Assembly (NCBI GenBank): GCA_041557595.1
Contig: JBFFGE010000002.1
Location: forward strand, 9,047-73,046
Length of the DNA stretch: 64,000 nt
Direction of reading: 5' to 3'
Origin: Alphaproteobacteria bacterium
GTDB taxonomy: Bacteria; Pseudomonadota; Alphaproteobacteria; UBA8366
Shown: piece after piece, positions 57,459-64,000 of the stretch
How the letters are laid out: the number at the start of each line of letters is the position of its first letter
Numbering within the stretch: the first letter of the stretch is position 1
Notes under the pieces: generated by a model
Told to the model about the DNA's origin: nothing
Seen by the model: the letters and a program-made list of their open reading frames with translations, nothing else
Database searches by the model: none
Translations under genes and position numbers: made by a program

Positions 57459-58241
57459 ATGACGCAATCCTGTCCCGACGCTTTCATCGCTTTGGCCGAA
57501 CGCCTGGCGGAGGCGAGCGGGCCGGTCGTGCGGCGCTATTTTCGCACCGATTTCGATGTCGAGGCGAAAGGGGATGCAAGCCCGGTGACGATCGCCGACC
57601 GCGAGGCGGAAGCGGCGATGCGCGACCTGATCGAACAGGCCTATCCCGAACACGGCATTTTCGGCGAGGAGCACGGTTTCGTCCGCACCGACGCGGAAGT
57701 CGCCTGGGTTCTCGATCCGATCGACGGCACCAGGGCTTTCGTGACCGGCATGCCGGTCTTCGGCACCCTGATTGCGGCGATGCGCGACGGCGCGCCGATC
57801 CTGGGCATCATCGATCAGCCGGTGCTCGGCGAACGCTGGATCGGCGCGGCGGGCCGGCCGACCACCTTCAACGGCGCGCCCGCACGAACCCATGCGGCGG
57901 CGCGTCTGTCGTCGGCGCGGCACTATGCCACCCATCCCGACATGTTCGACCATGGCGACGACCGGGCAAAGGTGGACGCGCTGATGGCGCGGGTCGGGCA
58001 AAGCCGCTATGGCGGCGATTGCTATGCCTATGCGTTGCTCGCCAGCGGGCATATCGATTTGATCACCGAGGCCTGTTTGAAGATCTACGATTTTATGGCG
58101 CTGGTGCCGGTAATAGAAGGCGCGGGCGGCGTGGTGACCGATTGGAGCGGCGCGCCGATGACCCGCGAGTCCGACGGCCATATCCTGGCGGCCGCCAACC
58201 CGACCCTGCATGGCGAAGCGCTTGCGATCCTGCGGTCTTGA
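57459..58241 (+). CDS. hisN: inositol monophosphatase family protein, likely histidinol-phosphatase
   Basis: The IMPase motifs (EE..G, WVLDPIDGT, GGDCYAY) are present and the product is 260 aa. The hisN assignment rests on family resemblance only. Confidence 0.7.
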   Translation: MTQSCPDAFIALAERLAEASGPVVRRYFRTDFDVEAKGDASPVTIADREAEAAMRDLIEQAYPEHGIFGEEHGFVRTDAEVAWVLDPIDGTRAFVTGMPVFGTLIAAMRDGAPILGIIDQPVLGERWIGAAGRPTTFNGAPARTHAAARLSSARHYATHPDMFDHGDDRAKVDALMARVGQSRYGGDCYAYALLASGHIDLITEACLKIYDFMALVPVIEGAGGVVTDWSGAPMTRESDGHILAAANPTLHGEALAILRS

Positions 58242-58346
58242 AACGCTTGCGTCCCAAGCCATCGGAACCTTACAAATTTCTGATTTGACATCACCGGTTG
58301 ATCGGAGACCATGCAGGTCCCTGGCCAACAAGCGGAGTCCTGTTGC

Positions 58347-60191
58347 ATGAGACACCCCATCGCCGCGATTTTCGCCGTTTTCGCACTCTTGTGTTCGGGG
58401 GCGGCCCTATCGGCGGATGTCTATCGCGGCCATGGCATCGCGATGCATGGGGATCTCAAATACCCGTCAGGATTCAAGCACTTCGATTACGTCAATCCGG
58501 ACGCGCCGAAGGGCGGCGAGGTCAAGATGGGATCGATTGGCGGGTTCGATTCCTTCAACGGCTTCATCGTCAAGGGCCGTTCGGCCGCCGGCCTCGGGCT
58601 GATCTACGATACGCTAATGGCATCCTCTTCGGACGAGCCGTTCTCGATGTATGGATTAATCGCCGAGTCCGTCGAGATGGCGCGGGACCGTTCCTGGGTC
58701 GTCTTTCATCTGAACCCCAAGGCGCGCTGGCATGACGGCAAGCCGATTACCGTCGAAGATGTGATCTGGACCTTCAACACCTTGGTCGAGAAGGGCACGC
58801 CGTTCTACAAATATTACTACGGCAATGTGGCAAAGGTTGAGAAAGTCGCGTCGCGCAGCGTCAAATTTTCCTTCAAGCCTGGGGAGAACCGCGAATTGCC
58901 GTTGATCGTCGGGCAACTGGCCGTTCTGCCGAAGCACTACTGGGAAAAACGCGACTTCACCAAAACGACATTGGAGCCGCCCTTGGGCAGCGGGCCCTAT
59001 CGGCTCAAGAGTTTCGAGGCCAACCGTCAGGTCGCCTACGAACGGGTAAAAGATTATTGGGCCGTCGATCATCCCGTGCGTCGCGGCGAATATAATTTCG
59101 ACACGCTGCGCTTCGAATATTTTCGGGATTCGACGGTTTCGCGCGAAGCATTCAAGTCCGGCGCCTTCGACTATCAGGCGGAGAGTTCGTCAAAGGCCTG
59201 GGCGACCGAATATGACATCGCAGCGGCAAAAGACGGCCACCTGGTCAAGCGCAGGTTCAAGCACAATCGATCCAGCGGCATGCAGGGGTTTGTTTTCAAT
59301 TTGCGCCGCCCGCTGTTCAAGGATCCGCGGGTGCGACAGGCGTTGGCGCACGCCTTCGATTTCGAATGGTCGAACAAGACCCTGTTCTATGGTCAGTACA
59401 CGCGTACAAACAGCTTTTTCGATAATTCCGAATTGGCGTCAACGGGATTGCCGAAAGGCGACGAGCTCAAACTGCTGGAACAGTTCCGCGACAAGCTGCC
59501 GTCGCAGCTGTTCACATCCGCCTACAAGGCGCCGATGACCGACGGCAGCGGCAATATTCGCGCTAACTTGCGTATCGCAAACAAGATGTTGCGCGATGCG
59601 GGCTGGCAGTTCGATCGCAAGAATCGGATATTGAAGCACGGCAAGTCCGCGCAGGAGTTTCGTTTTGAGGTCTTGCTCGTCAGCCCGCTTTTCGAAAGGG
59701 TGGTGCTGCCGTTCAAGCAAAATCTCAAACGTCTCGGCATCGAGGTACGCGTACGAACGGTCGATTCGGCGCAATACCAAAAACGCGTACAAAACTTCGA
59801 TTACGACATGATCGTCGGGACCTGGGGGCAATCCTTGTCGCCGGGCAACGAGCAGAGGAATTATTGGGGCAGCGATGCGGCGGCGCGGATCGGCAGTCGA
59901 AATCTGGCGGGCCTTAAGGATCCGGTCGTCGACAAATTGATCGAAAAGCTGATCGCCGCGCCGTCCCGGAAGGATTTGGTGACCTATACCCGAGCGCTCG
60001 ATCGCGTGCTCCTGTGGAAGTTTCTGGTCATCCCGCATTTTCATATCCCGTTTGACCGTGTTCTCTATTGGAATATGTTCGGTATCCCGAAAGTTACTCC
60101 CGACAGCGGCGCCAGTCTTTTTACCTGGTGGGTCGATCCTGTCCGGCAGGCGGCATTGGCTCCGCACCGGCAGTCGGGCAGGTCGAAGTGA
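58347..60191 (+). CDS. yejA: ABC transporter substrate-binding protein, family 5 (YejA-like)
   Basis: The start was trimmed to MRHPIAAIFAVFALLCSGAALSA, a signal peptide. An SBP_bac_5 body follows, and the gene precedes yejBEF. Confidence 0.85.
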   Translation: MRHPIAAIFAVFALLCSGAALSADVYRGHGIAMHGDLKYPSGFKHFDYVNPDAPKGGEVKMGSIGGFDSFNGFIVKGRSAAGLGLIYDTLMASSSDEPFSMYGLIAESVEMARDRSWVVFHLNPKARWHDGKPITVEDVIWTFNTLVEKGTPFYKYYYGNVAKVEKVASRSVKFSFKPGENRELPLIVGQLAVLPKHYWEKRDFTKTTLEPPLGSGPYRLKSFEANRQVAYERVKDYWAVDHPVRRGEYNFDTLRFEYFRDSTVSREAFKSGAFDYQAESSSKAWATEYDIAAAKDGHLVKRRFKHNRSSGMQGFVFNLRRPLFKDPRVRQALAHAFDFEWSNKTLFYGQYTRTNSFFDNSELASTGLPKGDELKLLEQFRDKLPSQLFTSAYKAPMTDGSGNIRANLRIANKMLRDAGWQFDRKNRILKHGKSAQEFRFEVLLVSPLFERVVLPFKQNLKRLGIEVRVRTVDSAQYQKRVQNFDYDMIVGTWGQSLSPGNEQRNYWGSDAAARIGSRNLAGLKDPVVDKLIEKLIAAPSRKDLVTYTRALDRVLLWKFLVIPHFHIPFDRVLYWNMFGIPKVTPDSGASLFTWWVDPVRQAALAPHRQSGRSK

Positions 60192-60216
60192 CAGATTCTC
60201 GAGTGATCGCTAACTG

Positions 60217-61329
60217 ATGTACGCCTATATCGCCCGGCGCCTGATGCTGATCGTTCCGACTCTGTTCGGGATCATCCTGGTGAATTTCGTCGTGGTGCAA
60301 TTCGCACCCGGCGGTCCGGTCGAACGTGTGTTGGCGACCTTGCAGGGACAGAGCGTCGAGGCAACGGCGCGGATCACCGGCAACGAAGGCTCCGAGGCGG
60401 GCGGCGGGCAGAAGCAAAAAGCGATTGGCCAGTCGTCGGTCAATCTGAAATACCGCGGTGCGCAGGGCCTCGATCCGGAATTCATCAAACAGCTTGAAAA
60501 GCAATTCGGCTTCGACAAGCCGGCGCATGAGCGGTTTTTCAAGATGATCGGCGATTACCTCACCTTCGATTTCGGCCGCAGCTATTTCCGCGACAAGAGC
60601 GTCGTCGGCTTCATCATCGAAAAGATGCCGGTCTCCATTTCGCTCGGTATCTGGGCGACCCTGCTGATCTATCTGATCTCGATCCCGCTCGGCGTTGCGA
60701 AGGCGGTGCGCGACGGTTCCCGATTCGACGTCTGGACCAGTGGCGCGGTGATTTTCGGCAATGCGATCCCGGGTTTTCTCTTCGCCATCCTGCTGATCGT
60801 GGTGTTCGCGGGCGGCCGGTATTTCGACTGGTTTCCGTTACGCGGCCTGGTGTCGGACGATTGGGGCCAGTTGTCCTGGCCGATGAAGATCGTGGATTAC
60901 TTCTGGCACATGACGCTGCCGGTGCTGGCGATGGTGATCGGCGGGTTCGCGGGCCTGACCATGCTGACCAAGAATTCCTTCCTGGACCAGATCAACCAGC
61001 AATATGTCGTGACTGCGCGGGCCAAGGGTCTCGGCGAGCGGGCGGTGCTGTACGGTCACGTCTTCCGCAACGCCATGCTGATCGTGATTGCGGGCTTCCC
61101 GTCGGCTTTTATCGGCATTCTGTTCACCAGCTCGCTGTTGATCGAAGTGATCTTCTCGCTCGACGGTCTCGGCCTGCTCGGGTTCGAGGCGGTGATCGAT
61201 CGGGATTATCCGATCATGTTCGGCACGCTCTATATGTTCACGCTGCTGGGGCTGATCCTGCATCTGATTGGCGACATCACCTACATGCTGATCGATCCGC
61301 GGATCGATTTCGAAAGCCGGGAGACCTGA
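60217..61329 (+). CDS. yejB: microcin C-type ABC transporter permease YejB
   Basis: The 370-aa BPD-type permease has a long periplasmic insert typical of YejB. Confidence 0.85.
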   Translation: MYAYIARRLMLIVPTLFGIILVNFVVVQFAPGGPVERVLATLQGQSVEATARITGNEGSEAGGGQKQKAIGQSSVNLKYRGAQGLDPEFIKQLEKQFGFDKPAHERFFKMIGDYLTFDFGRSYFRDKSVVGFIIEKMPVSISLGIWATLLIYLISIPLGVAKAVRDGSRFDVWTSGAVIFGNAIPGFLFAILLIVVFAGGRYFDWFPLRGLVSDDWGQLSWPMKIVDYFWHMTLPVLAMVIGGFAGLTMLTKNSFLDQINQQYVVTARAKGLGERAVLYGHVFRNAMLIVIAGFPSAFIGILFTSSLLIEVIFSLDGLGLLGFEAVIDRDYPIMFGTLYMFTLLGLILHLIGDITYMLIDPRIDFESRET

Positions 61330-62420
61330 TGGTGGCCCCGGTCGACACATCGGCAGACATATCGGCAACCGTATCTGCGGACACCGTGCTGGGCATGCGC
61401 ATCACGCCGCTTAACCGCCGCCGCATCGAGAATTTCAAGGCGAACCGCCGCGGCTACTGGTCGCTGTGGATTTTCCTGGTCCTGTTCGTCGGGTCGCTGT
61501 TCGCCGAAGTCATCGCGAACGACCGGCCGCTGGCGGTGGGCTACGACGGCGGCATCTACTTTCCGTTCGCGGCGTATTATCCGGAAACGACATTCGGCGG
61601 CGATTTCGAGACCGAAGCGGACTTCACCGATTCCTTCCTCATCGACATCATCGAAAAGAAGGGTTGGATCCTGTGGCCGCCGGTCCGCTACAGCTTCGAC
61701 ACGCACATCTCGAACCTGCCGGTGCCGGCCCCAGCGCCGCCCTCGACCGACAATTGGCTGGGAACCGACGATCAGGCCCGTGATCTCGTCGCGCGGATCA
61801 TCTACGGGTTTCGCATTTCGGTTCTGTTCGGTCTGATCCTGACGATCCTGAGTTCGATTGTCGGCGTCGCCGTCGGCGCGCTGCAAGGCTATTTCGGCGG
61901 GCTGACCGATCTGCTCGGCCAGCGGGCGATTGAAATCTGGAACGGTCTGCCCGCCCTCTATCTGCTGATCATTCTCGCCAGCGTGGTGCAGCCGAATTTC
62001 TGGTGGCTGCTCGGTCTTATGCTGCTGTTCAGCTGGACCGGGCTGGTCGGCGTGGTGCGGGCCGAATTCCTGCGCGCGCGGAATTTCGAATATGTCCGGG
62101 CGGCGCGCGCGCTGGGCGTGAACAACCGGACGATCATGTATCGCCACCTCCTGCCCAACGCGATGGTCGCCACCCTGACATTCTTGCCCTTTATCACGTC
62201 GGGATCGCTGGTGACATTGACGTCGCTCGATTTCCTCGGCTTCGGCTTGCCGCCCGGCTCGGCTTCGCTGGGCGAACTGCTGAAGCAGGGTAAGGAGAAT
62301 CTCCACGCGCCGTGGCTCGGCATCACGGCGTTCGTGACGATTGCGGTGATGCTGTCGCTGCTGGTGTTTATCGGCGAGGCGGTGCGCGACGCCTTCGATC
62401 CGCGCAAGATTCAAGGGTAA
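61329..62420 (+). CDS. yejE: ABC transporter permease YejE
   Basis: The ATG at 61329 overlaps the yejB TGA. The ORF has a DppC/OppC-like core. Confidence 0.85.
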   Translation: MVAPVDTSADISATVSADTVLGMRITPLNRRRIENFKANRRGYWSLWIFLVLFVGSLFAEVIANDRPLAVGYDGGIYFPFAAYYPETTFGGDFETEADFTDSFLIDIIEKKGWILWPPVRYSFDTHISNLPVPAPAPPSTDNWLGTDDQARDLVARIIYGFRISVLFGLILTILSSIVGVAVGALQGYFGGLTDLLGQRAIEIWNGLPALYLLIILASVVQPNFWWLLGLMLLFSWTGLVGVVRAEFLRARNFEYVRAARALGVNNRTIMYRHLLPNAMVATLTFLPFITSGSLVTLTSLDFLGFGLPPGSASLGELLKQGKENLHAPWLGITAFVTIAVMLSLLVFIGEAVRDAFDPRKIQG

Positions 62421-62424
62421 TGGC

Positions 62425-64000
62425 ATGAACGATCGGCCTCTTCTCTCGGTCCGCGATCTCTCCGTGACCTTCGATGTGCCCGGCGGGGCGGTCGAGGCGG
62501 TGAAACGGGTATCCTTCGATATCCCGGTGGGAGAAACCCTGGCCCTGGTCGGCGAATCGGGTTCGGGCAAATCGGTGACCGCCTTGTCGGTCCTGCAGTT
62601 GCTGCCGTATCCGACTGCGCGGCACCCCTCGGGCTCGATAGAGTTCAAGGGCCAGGAAATCGTCAATGTAAAGGCGGAGACCTTGCGGCGGGTGCGCGGC
62701 GATCGCATTTCGATGATCTTCCAGGAGCCGATGACGTCGCTCAACCCGCTTCACTCGGTGGAGAAACAGATCAGCGAAACGCTCTTTCTGCACAAGGGCA
62801 TGGCGGCGGATGCGGCGCGCGAGCGCGTGCTGGAATTGTTGGAGCTGGTCGGTATCCGCGATGCGGAGGACCGGCTGACCGCCTATCCGCACGAGCTGTC
62901 CGGCGGTCAGCGGCAGCGGGTCATGATCGCCATGGCGCTGGCCAACGATCCCGATCTGCTGATTGCCGACGAGCCGACGACGGCGCTCGACGTCACGATT
63001 CAGGCGCAGATCCTCAAACTCCTGAGCGAGCTGCAGAGCAAATTCGGCATGGCGATGCTGTTTATCACCCATGATCTGGGCGTGGTTCGCAAAGTGGCCA
63101 AAAGGCTTTGCGTGATGCAGCAGGGCGAGATCGTCGAAACCGGGGTTACGGAAGAGGTCTTCGCGAACCCGCAACACCCCTATACCCGCCGGCTTATCGA
63201 AGCGGAGCCGAGCGGCCAGAAGACGCCGATGCGGCAGGATGCGCCGGCGGTGCTGAGCGGCGGCGACGTGAAGGTCTGGTTTCCGATCAAAAAAGGGTTG
63301 CTGCGGCGCACCGCTTCTTACATTCGCGCCGTCGACGGTATCAGCCTGTCCGTGCGCGAAGGCCAAACCGTCGGCGTGGTCGGCGAATCCGGGTCCGGCA
63401 AGACGACGCTCGGCATGGCGCTGATCCGGTTGCAAAGCAGCCAGGGCGAGATCGTTTTTCAGGGTACGGATATTCAGGGCCTGTCGTCCCGGGAATTGCG
63501 GCCGATGCGCCGCGAATTGCAGGTGGTGTTTCAGGATCCCTATGGCAGTTTGAGTCCGCGCATGTCGGTCGGGCAGATCGTCGAGGAAGGGCTCAAGGTC
63601 CATGAAATCGGCGGCGACGCGGCGGCGCGCGACGCGCTGGTGGTCGAGGCGCTCAAGGAAGTCGATCTCGATCCGGAGACCCGCCACCGTTATCCGCATG
63701 AATTTTCCGGTGGCCAGCGGCAGCGCATCGCGATCGCCCGGGCGATGGTGTTGAAGCCCCGTTTCGTGGTGCTCGACGAACCCACCTCGGCGCTCGACCG
63801 TTCGGTGCAGGCGCAGATCGTCGATCTCTTGCGGGCGCTGCAGAAGCGCCACCGCCTCGCCTATCTGTTCATCAGCCACGACTTGCGCGTGGTGCGGGCG
63901 CTGTCCGACGACGTCATCGTGATGCGCGCGGGCAAGGTCGTCGAGCAGGGGCCGGTCGAGACGATTTTCCGCGAGCCGAAGGAAGCCTACACCAAGGCCC
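62425..64000 (+). CDS. yejF: ABC transporter ATP-binding protein YejF (two fused ATPase domains), 3' end outside the window
   Basis: The ATG is at 62425. The product MNDRPLLSVRDLSVTF carries two Walker A motifs (GESGSGKS) and two LSGGQRQR signatures. The frame is open to the window end, so it is absent from the ORF track. Confidence 0.88.
   Translation, partial: MNDRPLLSVRDLSVTFDVPGGAVEAVKRVSFDIPVGETLALVGESGSGKSVTALSVLQLLPYPTARHPSGSIEFKGQEIVNVKAETLRRVRGDRISMIFQEPMTSLNPLHSVEKQISETLFLHKGMAADAARERVLELLELVGIRDAEDRLTAYPHELSGGQRQRVMIAMALANDPDLLIADEPTTALDVTIQAQILKLLSELQSKFGMAMLFITHDLGVVRKVAKRLCVMQQGEIVETGVTEEVFANPQHPYTRRLIEAEPSGQKTPMRQDAPAVLSGGDVKVWFPIKKGLLRRTASYIRAVDGISLSVREGQTVGVVGESGSGKTTLGMALIRLQSSQGEIVFQGTDIQGLSSRELRPMRRELQVVFQDPYGSLSPRMSVGQIVEEGLKVHEIGGDAAARDALVVEALKEVDLDPETRHRYPHEFSGGQRQRIAIARAMVLKPRFVVLDEPTSALDRSVQAQIVDLLRALQKRHRLAYLFISHDLRVVRALSDDVIVMRAGKVVEQGPVETIFREPKEAYTKA

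Overview
This is a high-GC chromosomal segment with alphaproteobacterial-type gene content and synteny. The conserved blocks are argH-lptM-lysA-TIGR02302, ftsEX, nrdJ, chorismate mutase-hisC-tyrC, metXW, panBC, rpmH-rnpA-yidD-yidC-engB-argB, dapDE, truA-fmt-def, rmuC, ffs-dnaX-ybaB-recR, nudC, pheA-kdsB and yejABEF. I can support about 70 protein genes, one tRNA-Arg(ACG) and the SRP (4.5S) RNA. Most of the window is ordinary housekeeping DNA. Many long ORFs in the six-frame track are GC-driven shadow frames antisense to real genes.

The clearly accessory patch lies at about 39.3-42.7 kb and looks more A/T-rich by eye (not computed). A TetR gene there is divergent from a five-gene operon: an AhpD-like gene carrying one in-frame TAG, a 95-aa ORF, a YHS-domain protein, a DUF4142 protein and a cupredoxin. 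The 95-aa ORF (40874-41161, minus strand) is the most interesting object in the window. Its core is a diverged stand-alone copy of the RNA polymerase beta-prime clamp helices, the coiled coil that docks sigma factors. It has a strong RBS and host-like codon usage, which suggests a sigma-binding decoy or modulator rather than junk.

The second theme is two families of intergenic repeats. One is about 105 nt with three copies and the other about 65 nt with two copies. All copies are co-oriented with the upstream gene and butt directly against TAG/CTAG stop codons.

Smaller observations:
- Duplicated TetR-type operator palindromes.
- A structured GC-rich spacer containing a perfect 17-nt palindrome.
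- A probably decaying glutamine amidotransferase gene.
- An unlisted LptM-like mini-lipoprotein.

No CRISPR array, rRNA, transposase or prophage genes were seen.
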